Shown here one piece after another: positions 35,139 to 46,999 of a stretch of DNA of 64,000 bases (its first letter is position 1; every line of letters starts with the position of its first letter). This stretch comes from an uncultured Gemmatimonadales bacterium (GTDB lineage Bacteria; Gemmatimonadota; Gemmatimonadetes; Gemmatimonadales; Gemmatimonadaceae). The notes beneath the pieces were generated by a model that saw only the letters and a list, made by a program, of their open reading frames with translations, searched no databases and was not told the origin of the DNA. The translations under genes and the position numbers were made by a program. Where the stretch lies: assembly GCA_963707505.1 (NCBI GenBank), contig CAVPQB010000003.1, positions 160,001 to 224,000 on the forward strand. The letters are read 5' to 3'.

Positions 35139-36020
35139 TTATTTGTGCGGTACTTCACTCTGCAGGCGCTCGCGATACCGTCCGTGAAGGTAGAACAGAA
35201 ATACGAACATTCCCAGCGCGGCCGCCAGGCCGCCTTCCGGGCCCCACGATCCCCCGGTGAGCCAATCCGGTCCGTTGTCTATCACGTGATAGTTCGGTGC
35301 GGTCACACCCAGGCCGCTCACGGCGGTGTGAAGACCGGCGGCCATGGTCAGGTTCCATGCGAAGTGAGCCATCCACGCCGCGTACAGGCTCTCCGTGACG
35401 AGCAGTATCGTACCAAGAAAAAATCCCGCGATGATCACTGCCACGATCGTCTCGGGATCTGCGCCTGGATTGCGAAGGTGTAACAGTCCGAACGCAATAC
35501 TCGTCGCGACGAGCGTGGTTTTCCATCCCACGGTCTCGCGCAACACCGCGAATACGTAACCGCGCATCAACAGCTCTTCCGCCGCGGCAGCGGGAAGAAG
35601 AAAGAGCGCCATCTGCGCCGCTGCGACAGCCCAATTTCCCTCCACCGCCGGAACGATGCGCAGCTCGTGCGTGGCCAGTAACACGACACACGGAGCGCCG
35701 ATCGCAATCATCCCCATGAGAAAACCGCTGCTCAGCAACGCCGGTCGAGACGACGAGCGCCCCAGGCGCACGAAGTTCCAGTCGACACCATCCACCCATC
35801 GCAACGACACGAACGTCGCGATGAGTATCGCGAAGAAATCGATCCAGTAATACAGGATCGTACGCACGCCCGCGAGCGCTGCTCCCTGCAACCCCTGTAC
35901 GAGTGCCGCGGCAACCACTGTCACCGCGACCCAGACGCTCAGGAAGATGAGAATGCGCCACGGAGCGCGAAGCTTTCGTTCTGACTGAGAAGCAAATACG
36001 AGAGATCGCGCGTCCAACAA
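35139..36020 (-). CDS. CPBP (Abi/CAAX type II) intramembrane protease
   Basis: EELLMRG, FGLLH, HFAWN, GPEGG; multi-TM. Confidence 0.92.
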   Translation of the reverse strand: MLDARSLVFASQSERKLRAPWRILIFLSVWVAVTVVAAALVQGLQGAALAGVRTILYYWIDFFAILIATFVSLRWVDGVDWNFVRLGRSSSRPALLSSGFLMGMIAIGAPCVVLLATHELRIVPAVEGNWAVAAAQMALFLLPAAAAEELLMRGYVFAVLRETVGWKTTLVATSIAFGLLHLRNPGADPETIVAVIIAGFFLGTILLVTESLYAAWMAHFAWNLTMAAGLHTAVSGLGVTAPNYHVIDNGPDWLTGGSWGPEGGLAAALGMFVFLFYLHGRYRERLQSEVPHK

Positions 36021-37229
36021 TCAGCTCGGCCGCTCTACGCTCATTGCGACCGCATTGCCACCGCCGAGGCATAACGTCGCGAGCCCCGTTCGCTTGCCAC
36101 GATCCTTCAGCGCGTAGAGAAGGGTCGTGAGAATTCGTGCGCCGCTCGCACCGAGCGGATGGCCAAGTGCAATGGCACCACCATTCACGTTGACGCGAGC
36201 GGTGTCCCATGCGAGCCCGCGAGCGTCGGCAATCGATTGCGACGCGAACGCTTCGTTCGCTTCGATCAGATCGTAGTCACCGATCTTCGCACCGGTCTTC
36301 GCCATCAACTTCTCGACAGCGACGATCGGCGCGAAGAAGAGATCCTGCGGCTCGCCACCGCCGGTCGCATAACCGGTGATGCGAGCGAGTATCTCGATCT
36401 TGTGATCGATCGCGTACTGTTCACTCACGACGACCACCGCAGCCGCACCATCATTGAGAGTCGACGCGTTGCCGGCAGTCACGGTCAGCTCTTCGCTCCT
36501 GTCCTTGCCGGGAAATGCCGGACGCAGCTTCGCGAGAGATTCGACGGTGGTGTCCTTACGCGGTCCCTCATCAGTATCGATCGTGGTCGTCCCCTTTCGT
36601 CCCGCGATCTCGACAGGAACTATCTCCGGCTTGAACTTTCCAGCCTCGATCGCAGCCACGGCCTTGGAGTGCGACAGCGCCGCGAATACGTCCTGATCCT
36701 CACGCGTCGCCTTTGCCTTGCGAGCGGTATAATCGGCGTGGCTGCCCATGTGCACGTCGCAGAACGAGCACCACAAACCGTCTTTTATCAATCCATCGAC
36801 CATCTTCTGATCGCCGAACTTCACGCCGCCGCGGTATCCGTTCACGTAGTACGGCGTGTTGGACATCGACTCCATGCCGCCTGCCACGACGACCTGCTCA
36901 TCGCCCGCCTTGATCGATGCAGCCGCGAGCATCACCGCCTCGAGGCCCGAGCCGCATACCTTGTTGACGGTGAGCGCCGAGACGGTTCCGGGCAGCCCCG
37001 CCTTGAGCGCGGCCTGCCGCGCCGGCGCCTGACCGACTCCCGCTTGAAGGACGTTGCCCATGATGACGTTGCCCACGTCCGCGGGTGAAACGCCCGCTCG
37101 GGAAAGGGCGGCACGAATGGCGATCGCGCCGAGCTCCGTGGCTGAAAGTGGTGCAAGGCCGCCCAGGAAACGCCCGATAGGCGTCCTGGCGGCCGATACG
37201 ATTACTGGTTGCCGGCTGAGGTCTGACAT
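36021..37229 (-). CDS. Acetyl-CoA C-acetyltransferase (thiolase)
   Basis: [36 protein letters not shown]; own ATG at 37229. Confidence 0.95.
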   Translation of the reverse strand: MSDLSRQPVIVSAARTPIGRFLGGLAPLSATELGAIAIRAALSRAGVSPADVGNVIMGNVLQAGVGQAPARQAALKAGLPGTVSALTVNKVCGSGLEAVMLAAASIKAGDEQVVVAGGMESMSNTPYYVNGYRGGVKFGDQKMVDGLIKDGLWCSFCDVHMGSHADYTARKAKATREDQDVFAALSHSKAVAAIEAGKFKPEIVPVEIAGRKGTTTIDTDEGPRKDTTVESLAKLRPAFPGKDRSEELTVTAGNASTLNDGAAAVVVVSEQYAIDHKIEILARITGYATGGGEPQDLFFAPIVAVEKLMAKTGAKIGDYDLIEANEAFASQSIADARGLAWDTARVNVNGGAIALGHPLGASGARILTTLLYALKDRGKRTGLATLCLGGGNAVAMSVERPS

Positions 37230-37299
37230 GGGTGGAAAGCTAATCGGAACGCTCCGAATTTTCCCCCACGCCGTGCGGTGACGCCGCGAACGCGCAAAA

Positions 37300-39291
37300 T
37301 CAGGTGTGAGTGACCGCGAAGCGATCTCCGATTGCACGCGCCTCACAAAGTCGGTCAGAGGAGTGACTTCCTGCTTGCTCCCCGCGCCGCGAGTTCGTAC
37401 GGCAACGCTCCCTTGCTCGGCTTCGCGCCCCCCTACCACCGCCATGTACGGGACCTTGAGCGTTTCAGCCTCACGAATCCTGTAGTTGAGGGTCTGGTTG
37501 CGGTCATCCAGATGTGCGCGCACTCCGGCCTCCACAAGCGCGTCGCGTACGATGCGCGCCGCCTCGAACTGTGCGTCGGAAATCGGCACTATGCGCACCT
37601 GCTCCGGCGCGAGCCAGAGCGGAAACGCGCCAGCGAAGTGCTCGATCAGAATCGCGATGAAGCGCTCGAACGATCCCAGAATCGCACGGTGAATGATGAC
37701 CGGCCGGTGCGGCTGATTGTCCTCACCGGTGTAGCTCAGATCGAAGCGCTCGGGGTTCGCATAGTCGAGTTGAATCGTGCCGAGTTGCCATTGACGACCG
37801 ATCGAATCGGTTACGTCGAAGTCGATCTTGGGACCGTAGAACGCGCCGTCGCCTTCCTTGAGCTCATACGGTAGTCCCGTGTTGATCAACGCAGCACGCA
37901 GCGACTCCTCGGCGCGATCCCACATCTCATCCGTGCCGACACGAAACTCAGGGCCGGGTCGAGTCGCGAACTTCGCCGTGTAGCTGAGCCCGAACACTCC
38001 GTAGCAATCGTTGACCATCTCGACCAGACTCTTCACCTCTTCGGTGATCTGCGATTCGGCGAGATAGATGTGCGCGTCGTCCTGCTGGAACTGACGCACG
38101 CGTGTGAGTCCCGACAGCGCGCCGGAAATCTCGTTGCGGTGCAACACGTCCTGTGTCGCGTAGCGCACGGGAAGCTCGCGATAGCTGTGCTTTCTGCTCC
38201 CGTACAGCACGTGGTGCGATGGGCAGTTCATCGGCTTGAGCGAGAAGTCGTGCTCGCCCGTCTCGTTGTCGAGGACGAGGAACATGTTCTCCTTGTACTT
38301 GCCCCAGTGCCCAGACTGCTCCCACAACGTCTTGTGATACAGCAGCGGCGTCTTCACTTCATCGTAGCCAGCCACGCGGAGCTTGGCGCGCATGAAGTCC
38401 ACGAGGCCGTTATAGATGATGGTTCCGCGGTTGGTCCAGAACGCAGCGCCGGGCGCGATGGGATGGAACTGAAACAGGTCCAGCTCCTTGCCGAGCCTGC
38501 GATGGTCGCGCCGTTTGGCTTCCTCGATGCGATAGAGGTACGCCTCCAGATCTTCCTTTCGGAACCAGGCAGTTCCATAGATGCGCTGGAGCATCTGGCG
38601 CTTTTCATCTCCGCGCCAGTACGCTCCTGCCGTGCTCATCAGCTTGAAGTGCTTGAGGTACGAAGTATCCTGGACGTGCGGGTCCTCGGCACAAATCCGT
38701 AAACGGGCCGTCGGTGTAGGTCGAAATTACCTCGTCGTCATCCAATTCGGACAATCGTTCGAGTTTTAACGGATCGCCTTGGAACACTCGTTCGGCTGCC
38801 ACACGATCGAGTTCTGCGCGGACGAAGGGGTATTTTTCGGACGCGATTTTGCGCATCTGCTTTTCGAACGCTTCGAGGTCTTCCGGAGTGAACGGATGGT
38901 CGACGCCGAAGTCGTAGTAGAAGCCGTCCTCGATCGACGGGCCGAAGCCGATCTGGGCGTCCGGACGGACACGCCGGACGGCGGTCGCAAGCAGGTGCGC
39001 GGTCGAGTGACGAAGAACAGCCAGGGCTTCCGGATCGCGCTCCGTGAGCACGCGGAACGACCCGCTCTTGCGGAGCGGTGTCATCAGATCCTGGATCTCA
39101 CCGTTCACAGAGACCGCAATCGCGGCACGTAGCAGGCGTTCGCCAATGGATCCCACTACCTCTGACGGCAGCGTACCTTCGGGGATGGATCTTACGGAAC
39201 CGTCGGGAAGCGTTAGCTCTAACAAGAAATCGTCTGATTGAGAGTTCGCCCGGGTGGCCTTCTTCTTGCCGCCTTCATGACGCGACACCAT
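37300..39291 (-). CDS. thrS: Threonine--tRNA ligase (frameshift near 38681; stop apparently lost near 37302)
   Basis: TGS domain, [38 protein letters not shown]. 5' and 3' ends are uncertain. Confidence 0.94.
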
Positions 39292-39307
39292 CTAATTAAT
39301 CGAGCGT

Positions 39308-40162
39308 ATGCGTAAGCTATCCTTTGAGGAAAACCTCCGCCACAGGTTGCGCGACCTCCCGCGCTTCCGTCACCAGGATGAACGTCCCAGCACGGGTGAG
39401 GGACTCGTGTACCTGGCGATCGGCGCGGTCGCAGGTATCGCTGCCGGCGTTGTGGTCGCGCAGAAATTCGGCGGCTTCGCTGCTCTCGCGACCAAGTTGC
39501 GCGAGCGACTCGGCGCAGAGGAGGAAGACGAGTTCGTCGCCGACGAATACGATGAGTACGACGAAGAGGATTACGACGGCGACGAGGATGAAGAAGAGGA
39601 GGAGCTATCGCCTCTGGAAGAGCTGGAGGAGCGCGTCCTCGAGGCGTATCACAACGATCCTATACTGAGCGAGCGAGCTATCGACATCGGCGCGATCGAT
39701 GAGGGGATTATCGAGCTCACGGGTTGGGTGTATGCGGCAAGCGAGGCCGAGCACGCCGTGACCGTCGCACGGGGTACGCCCGGGGTCGATACGGTGCTCA
39801 ACCGGCTTGCGGTACGAGCCGAGGAGGACCAGATGCACGATGCGGCTGACCGTTACGACGCGGGCGAGGATCGCCTCACAGAGGGACACTGGGAGGGCCA
39901 GGGCGTGGGGATGGGACGGAGGCGTCAGGGCAAATCCTCGGAAGCCGACAGGAACGAGGATCCGAAACCGAATCTGGAAGACAAGTGGATGAACGAGGAG
40001 GAGGCGTATCGCTCCGCTGCCGAGCCGGTGGATGAAATCGTGGCGCGGCACAAGCGACCGCCGTCGCATCGCGGCCGCGCGGATGGTTCGCCGGTTGCGC
40101 CGGGTGGTGTTCCCAAGGCGGATAACGTGGCGAATCCGGAAGAAGCGCCTCCCTCCACGTAG
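39308..40162 (+). CDS. BON-domain protein with N-terminal membrane anchor and acidic tract
   Basis: TM YLAIGAVAGIAAGVVV, D/E tract, GIIELTGWV...ARGTPGVDTVLNRL; start uncertain. Confidence 0.82.
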   Translation: MRKLSFEENLRHRLRDLPRFRHQDERPSTGEGLVYLAIGAVAGIAAGVVVAQKFGGFAALATKLRERLGAEEEDEFVADEYDEYDEEDYDGDEDEEEEELSPLEELEERVLEAYHNDPILSERAIDIGAIDEGIIELTGWVYAASEAEHAVTVARGTPGVDTVLNRLAVRAEEDQMHDAADRYDAGEDRLTEGHWEGQGVGMGRRRQGKSSEADRNEDPKPNLEDKWMNEEEAYRSAAEPVDEIVARHKRPPSHRGRADGSPVAPGGVPKADNVANPEEAPPST

Positions 40163-40258
40163 CGCCACCTGCCCAAATCGCGGCTGCCGACACGACGTCG
40201 CGATCTCGCCAGCTGTTCTGAGCGCAGCACTACCGTCAGGCGTTAAATTGGGCGTTGA

Positions 40259-43017
40259 ATGACCACGCCCCCGACAGCTGAGATTCCAGCTCAGTACGAT
40301 CCGGCGGCGACCGAGCGCGAGTGGTATGAGCGCTGGCTCGCCGCCGATGCATTTACGGCCGATGCCGCCCGCTCCAATCGTAGCGGCGGAGATCGCACGC
40401 CCTTCACGATAGTCATGCCGCCGCCGAACGTCACGGCGGTGCTGCACGTCGGCCACGGACTGAACAACACCGTGCAGGACGTGATCGCTCGCTGGCGCCG
40501 CATGTGCGGGGACGAAACGCTGTGGCTCCCGGGCACTGACCACGCGGGTATCGCGACACAGAACATCGTCGAGAAGTTGCTGGCGAGCGAGGGAAAGACG
40601 ACGCTTCGATCTCGGTCGCGACGCGTTCATCGCTCGCACGATGGAGTTCGTCGCGGACACGGGCGGCGCGATCCTCGAACAGTTGCGATCGATCGGCGCG
40701 TCATGCGACTGGTCACGCACTGCATACACACTTTCGCCGGAGCTGTCGGTCGCGGTGCGCGAAGCGTTCGTGCTGCTGCACGAACGCGGTCTCATCTACC
40801 GTGGTCATCGCGTCATTCACTGGTGTCCGCGCTGTCTCACGTCGTTGAGCGACGAGGAAGCGGAGCACGACGAGGAAGCGGGCTCACTGTACCACATCAG
40901 GTACGCGATCGTGGGCGAGCCGGGCAAGTGGCTCACCGTTGCAACTACGCGCCCCGAAACAATGCTCGGCGACGTCGCACTGGCGGTGAATCCGGATGAC
41001 GAGCGATACGCATCGCTGATCGGGCGGACTGTCATTCTTCCGATAGCGGAGATCGAGATTCCGATAATCGCGGATGCGTACGCCGATCCCGCGTTCGGTA
41101 CCGGTGTCGTGAAGATCACGCCTGCTCACGATCCGAACGATTTCGAAGTGGGCAAGCGTCACGAGCTGGCGATGCCGGTGATCATGACGGCGGAAGGCAA
41201 CCTCGATAACGTTACGGACGCCGAGGGACGTGTTCCACGCCGAGCTGCGTGGCGTGGAGAGGTTCGAGGCGCGCGACCGCATCGTGGCGATGCTCAAGGA
41301 AAGCGGCGCACTCGCGAAGGTGGAGGCACATCAACACGCCGTGCGGCATTGCTATCGTTGCGGAACGGTGGTCGAGCCGCGTCTGTCGGACCAGTGGTTC
41401 GTGCGGATGCGCGAGCTCGCCGCGCCGGCACTCGAAGGCGTGCGGACCGGGCGCATTCGCATCCTTCCCGAGCGCTGGGAAGCGGTGTACGTGAACTGGC
41501 TGGAAGGGATTCGCGACTGGAATATCTCGCGTCAACTCTGGTGGGGACATCGCATCCCCGTGTGGTATTGTGTGAATCGCGGCTGCGTGACCGTGAGCCG
41601 GACGGACGTCACGTCGTGTCCTGATTGCGGCGGTCCGGTACGACAGGACGAGGACGTCCTCGACACGTGGTTCTCTTCCTGGCTCTGGCCGTTTTCCACG
41701 CTTGGTTGGCCGAACGTGGATGCGGCGGATCTCAAGGCGTTTTATCCGACGGACGATCTCGTTACGGCACCGGAGATTCTGTTCTTCTGGGTCGCGCGAA
41801 TGGTGATGGCGGGCTACGCCTTCATGGGCGATGCACCGTTTCACACGATCTATCTGCACGGAACAGTTCGCGATACCAACCATGTGAAGATGTCCAAGTC
41901 ACTTGGCAATGGAATCGATCCGCTCGACGTCGTGCGCTTGTATGGTGCGGATGCGCTGCGCTACACGGTGATCTCGGGGATGGGAATGGGTGCGGACCTC
42001 GTGCTCGATCCGGGCGATCTCGACCGCTCATTCGCGCCGGGCCGCAATTTCGCGACGAAGCTCTGGAACATTGGACGCTTTCTTCTCACCAAGGTCGGCG
42101 ACGCGCCCGTCGACTCCATCAGCGACATCGACGATTCGCGGCTCGCGCGCGCCGATCGCTGGATTCTCGATCGTCTCAATGTCGCGATTTCGGAATGCGA
42201 CGCTGCGCTGGGACCCGCGCGTCCAACCGGCACGACATGGAATCAGAGCGAGCTGCACGCTGGACTCCGGTTGAACGAGTACGCGGAGACCGCGCGGCGC
42301 TTCGTGTGGAACGAGCTGGCCGACTGGTACCTCGAGAGCGTCAAGAGCCGAGTCGCGAGAGAAGGCGATGATCGTGACGTTGCGCGCGCGGTGCTCGTGC
42401 ACGTCTTCGACGCCGCGTTGCGGCTGTTGCATCCGGTGATTCCATTCATTACGGAAGCGCTCTGGCAACGACTGCCGGAGCGCGAGGGAAAGGATTCTCC
42501 CCTGCTCTGCACCGCAGCGTGGCCGGTCGCCTCGCCCGTCCGTGCAGGAGCCGCGGAATTCGAGCGCGTGCGTGAATGCGTCGACGCGTTACGTGCAATG
42601 CGCGCGGAATATGGAGTTGCACCGGGCAAGGTCATCCACGCAGTCGTCGTGGCCACGACGACGCCGGAGCTATACATCACCGAAGCCGCGCTGATCGGAC
42701 AGCTCGCACGTGCGACGGTTACCGTGTCTGGTAGAGTCGATGGGCCCGCCGTGCACGCGTTGCTCGCTGACGGAAGCGACCTCGTCATCTCGCTTGGTGG
42801 CCTTGTCGATCTCGAGCAGGAGCGACGCAAGCTCGAAGTCGAGTTGAATCAGTTGGAGGGGCAGCTCGCTGCACTACGCGGCAGACTCGCCAACGAGTCC
42901 TTTACCGCTCGTGCACCGGCGCACATCGTCGATGCCGAGCGTACCAAGGAGCGAGACTGGTCCGCGCGCGCTGACGCATTGCGCAACAAGGTCGTTACAC
43001 TCGGGGTTGGTACTTGA
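40259..43017 (+). CDS. valS: Valine--tRNA ligase (two +1 frameshifts near 40601 and 41238)
   Basis: PPPNVT, HVGH, GTDHAGIATQ, TTRPET, DWNISRQLWWGH, KMSKS, C-terminal coiled coil, spread over three ORFs. Confidence 0.95.
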
Positions 43018-44225
43018 GGATACGGCGCAGCAGCGTCTTCAATGCACTGGCGATGCTCGCGCTGTTCGCGTGCGCGTCTCCGGGCGTTCCGCCGGGCGGA
43101 CCGGAGCGCCACACTCCGCCTGCAATCACGCGCATCCAGCCGGATACGAACAGCGTTGGCGTGCGCGGCAAGGAGTTCGTGATACACTTCGACGAGGTGA
43201 TCTCCGAGCATCCTGCCGGCGCAACGACGCTCGCTGATCTGGTGCTGATATCGCCGCAGCGTGGAAAGCCTGACGTCGACTGGCATCGGTCATCGCTCAG
43301 TATTCATCCGCCCAAGGGTTGGCGGGCAAACACCACGTACACTGTCACGATACTGCCCGGCATAGCCGACCTGCGCGGCAACGTGCGCACGACGCCGACG
43401 GTCGTCACCTTTTCGACCGGCCCATCGATTCCGAACACGTCGATCCGGGGCACGATTTTCGACTGGCTTTCCGGGTTGCCTATCAATAGCGGTATGATCG
43501 AAGTGCGGCCGCAGAGCGATACATCGGTGGTGTACGTAACGGCCTCAGATTCGATCGGTCACTATCGCCTCGTCGGACTTCCACCCGCGCGCTATGAGGT
43601 TCGTGGCTATGCGGACGCCAACCGGAATCGCGGTCTCGATCCCGGCGAGGCATTCGACACGACGCGTGTCGATCTCGCCGACTCGCTCAACCTCGAGATA
43701 CTCGCATTCGCGCACGACTCGACCGGACCCAAGCTCGGAAGTGTGAGCGTGCAGGACTCGGTCACGCTGAACGCGAACTTCGATACGCCGATCGATCCAC
43801 GCATACCACTCACGCCAGCGGCGTTCACGCTGACCGCGCCGGATTCGTCGCGCGTCGTGATTGTTTCCGTGAAGGCGATGCAGCAGCAGGATACGGCTCA
43901 CGCGATGCCCCTGCCGCCGCCCGTTCCGGCGCAACAATCGGTGATCCCGGTGCCACAGCGTCGTCCAGCACCAGCAAAGATCGTGTTGCCGAAGCCGACA
44001 CGGCCCCTGCTCGCGCGCAACGTGATCATCGTCGTGGCGAAGCCGCTGCAGGCTGGTGCGACCTATCGGCTCGACGCGTTGAATGCGACCGGGCCGACCG
44101 GTCGCAAGCTGTCGTCCGACCGGACGTTCACCGTGCCGAAACTGGAAAAGCCAGCCGCAACGAAACAACCAGCGCCCAAGCCGACCGCATCTGATACCAC
44201 TCGACGCGTGCGACCAGTGCGATGA
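43014..44225 (+). CDS. Ig-like (Big_5-type) domain lipoprotein
   Basis: Lipobox LFAC, PPGGP..PP, FDE, NTTYTV, DLRGN, FSTG; TTGA overlap with valS. Confidence 0.82.
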   Translation: MRIRRSSVFNALAMLALFACASPGVPPGGPERHTPPAITRIQPDTNSVGVRGKEFVIHFDEVISEHPAGATTLADLVLISPQRGKPDVDWHRSSLSIHPPKGWRANTTYTVTILPGIADLRGNVRTTPTVVTFSTGPSIPNTSIRGTIFDWLSGLPINSGMIEVRPQSDTSVVYVTASDSIGHYRLVGLPPARYEVRGYADANRNRGLDPGEAFDTTRVDLADSLNLEILAFAHDSTGPKLGSVSVQDSVTLNANFDTPIDPRIPLTPAAFTLTAPDSSRVVIVSVKAMQQQDTAHAMPLPPPVPAQQSVIPVPQRRPAPAKIVLPKPTRPLLARNVIIVVAKPLQAGATYRLDALNATGPTGRKLSSDRTFTVPKLEKPAATKQPAPKPTASDTTRRVRPVR

Positions 44226-44845
44226 GCAATGTCATGTGCATCGTCACGCGCCGTCGAACGCAACATCGCGCCCCGCCGGCGTTGATGAGCCAGCCGCCGA
44301 CGACGGTCTTTCTGGATCGGGACGGAACCATCATTCGTGACGTGAGCTACCTGTCTCGCCCGGAGGATGTCGAGCTCCTTCCCGGCGCCGCGCATGCGAT
44401 TGCACGCCTCAACAACGTTGGTATTCCGGTGATCGTGATCACGAATCAATCCGGTATCGCGCGCGGTCGTTTCACAGTGGACGACTATCTGCTCACGCAG
44501 CGGCGCCTTGACGAACTCCTGAACGAAAATGGCGCAGTGATCGACGCGACGTACTTCTGTCCGGATCATCCCGATTTCACGGGACCATGCGGTTGCCGGA
44601 AGCCTGGCGTTGAGCTGTTCGAGCGCGCCGCCATCGAACACGCACTGAACATGCGTGCACCGAGCTACGTTGGCGATCGGTGGCGCGACGTCGAACCCTT
44701 TCATCAGCTCGGCGGCACGCCGATTCTCATCAGTGGACCAGATACGCCGCCGGAAGATCTTGCGCGTGCGAACCACGATGAGGTGACCATCGTCGCCTCT
44801 CTTGCCGACGCGATCGACGTACTGCTTGGTGCGGACCAATCGTGA
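44222..44845 (+). CDS. gmhB: D-glycero-D-manno-heptose 1,7-bisphosphate phosphatase
   Basis: FLDRDGT, TNQSGIARG, CPDHP...CGCRKP, VGDR; alternative ATG at 44285. Confidence 0.88.
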   Translation: MSNVMCIVTRRRTQHRAPPALMSQPPTTVFLDRDGTIIRDVSYLSRPEDVELLPGAAHAIARLNNVGIPVIVITNQSGIARGRFTVDDYLLTQRRLDELLNENGAVIDATYFCPDHPDFTGPCGCRKPGVELFERAAIEHALNMRAPSYVGDRWRDVEPFHQLGGTPILISGPDTPPEDLARANHDEVTIVASLADAIDVLLGADQS

Positions 44846-45435
44846 AAACGCGCATCGCGGTTCTTGCGTCCGGCGGAGGCACCAATCTGCAGGCGATCCT
44901 GGATCACTTTGCAGCACTGGGCGATGCGGCGTGCGGTGAAGTCGTTGTGGTGGCCTCCAATCGGTCAAGCGCGGGAGCGTTGGACCGAGCGCGCACTGCC
45001 GGAATCGAAGCACTCGTGTTCGATGCCCGCTCAGAAGACGATCTCATGCGCATCCTCACTGGACACAATATCCAGTTGATTGCGCTCGCCGGATATCTGC
45101 GCCTCGTGCCACCCGGGGTGATCGCGCACTACAGCGGCCGGATAGTAAACGTGCATCCCGGCCCGCTCCCCGCGTTTGGCGGCGCCGGCATGTACGGCGT
45201 GCGAGTGCACGAAGCGGTGCTTGCTGCAGGAGTGTCCGAGTCTGCGGTAACTGTGCACCTCGTCACTGACCAGTACGATGACGGCCACCCGCTCGCGACA
45301 TGGCCCGTCCCCGTGCTCGAAAACGACACCCCCGATGTCCTCGCGGCACGGGTGCTGCGCGTCGAGCACATCATCTTCCCCCGAATCATCGATGCGCTTG
45401 CCGCTACTGTCGTTGCCGACGGTAGCACGCGCTGA
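44842..45435 (+). CDS. purN: Phosphoribosylglycinamide formyltransferase
   Basis: ASGGGTNLQA, LAGYL, NVHPGPLP, VHLV..YDDG. Confidence 0.94.
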   Translation: MKTRIAVLASGGGTNLQAILDHFAALGDAACGEVVVVASNRSSAGALDRARTAGIEALVFDARSEDDLMRILTGHNIQLIALAGYLRLVPPGVIAHYSGRIVNVHPGPLPAFGGAGMYGVRVHEAVLAAGVSESAVTVHLVTDQYDDGHPLATWPVPVLENDTPDVLAARVLRVEHIIFPRIIDALAATVVADGSTR

Positions 45436-45450
45436 ATACGGACATACATC

Positions 45451-46984
45451 ATGCCTCTCGCATTACTATCTGTCTCCGATAAAACAGGACTCGTGGAATT
45501 CGCACGCGGGCTCGTAGAGCTCGGCTGGGATCTCGTCTCCACCGGTGGAACATCGCCGCGCCCTGCGCACCGCGGGCCTCACCGTTCGCGACGTCAGCGA
45601 TCTCACACAGTTCCCCGAAATGCTGGACGGACGTGTCAAGACACTGCATCCGCTGATTCACGGTGGACTGCTGGCGCGCCGGGATTCGGCGGAGCATGCC
45701 GAAACCGTTCGCATTCACGGCATCCCATGGATCGATCTCGTCGCCGTCAATCTGTATCCGTTCAGAGAGACCGCCGCGCGTGCCGACGTGAGCGCGGATG
45801 ACGTGGTCGAGCAGATCGACATAGGTGGACCGGCGATGCTGCGATCGGCGGCAAAGAACTTCGACGCCGTAACTGTAATATGCGATCCAGCTGATTACTC
45901 TCGCGTCCTGGCAACGTTGCAGGCGAAGGACGACGACAGGGATCTGCGCAAGCGTCTCGCCGCAAAGGTGTTCGAGCACACCGCTGCTTACGACGGAGCG
46001 ATCGCTGCATGGTTCGCGTCCGAGCGCGGCGACCGGTTCGCCGATTCGCTCGTGATTGCGCTCGAGCGGTCTCAGACGTTGAGATACGGCGAGAACCCGG
46101 GCCAACGTGCGGCGTTCTACGTCGAATCGAAGGGCCGGGGACTCGATGCGCTGGTGCAGCACGGCGGCAAGGAGTTGAGCTTCAACAACCTGCTCGACCT
46201 CGAAGGTGCGCTGCTCGCAGCCGATGCGTTCTCTGGACAGACGTGCTGCGCAATCATCAAGCACACCACGCCGTGCGGCCTCGCAATTGGGTCGTCACCA
46301 CTCGAGGCCTATCAAAAGGCGCTCGCATGCGATCCGCAATCGGCGTTCGGCTCCGTAATCGCCTTTACCGCGCCAGTCGATACGGCGGCAGCCGAAGCGC
46401 TGTCCAGTCTCTTCGTAGAGTGCATCGTCGCTCCTTCGTTCTCGCCCGACGCTCTCGGCATACTCGGCAAGAAGAAAAATCTTCGCGTACTCGAAGGAAC
46501 CGCTGTGTGGCCGAAGGGATCATTCGATTTCAAGCGTGTGCGCGGCGGTTTGCTTGTCCAGGACCGCGCGCCCGAGCCCGTTCCTTACGCTCACTGGAGA
46601 GTCGTTACCGACCGGACGCCGACCGATCGCGAGCGCGATGATCTCGCCTTCGCGTGGCAGGCTGTCGCGAGCGTCAAGTCGAATGCCATAGTGCTCGTGC
46701 GAGACGGCGCCACGATCGGGATCGGCGCCGGCCAGATGTCGCGCGTGGACGCGTCGTTCCTCTCCGTTCACAAGGCGCGCAACGCTGGCCACGAAACCGC
46801 CGGAGCAGCGCTTGGCTCCGACGCGTACTTCCCCTTCCGTGACGGCGTCGATCATGCCGCCGATGCCGGTGTTACGGCAATCGTCCAGCCCGGCGGTTCC
46901 ATCAGAGACGCGGAAGTCATTGCGGCAGCGAACGAGCACGGGATCGCGATGGTATTTACCGGTCAACGCCAGTTCCGCCACTAG
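45451..46984 (+). CDS. purH: Bifunctional AICAR transformylase/IMP cyclohydrolase (+1 frameshift near 45556)
   Basis: [49 protein letters not shown]. Confidence 0.96.
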
Positions 46985-46999
46985 CCTATCTTTCTGCCC

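Noticed and set aside
35139..36020. CPBP/Abi genes as phage defence or bacteriocin immunity
   Set aside because: Ordinary housekeeping context with no bacteriocin or defence neighbours
40163..40258. T-box leaders for valS or thrS
   Set aside because: Intergenic space is too short and there is no GGTGGNACC T-box sequence
40259..46984. Programmed frameshifting or pseudogenisation of valS/purH (and thrS, hbd, ispE)
   Set aside because: No common slippery sequence, essential genes otherwise intact, and indels cluster positionally; sequencing error is simpler
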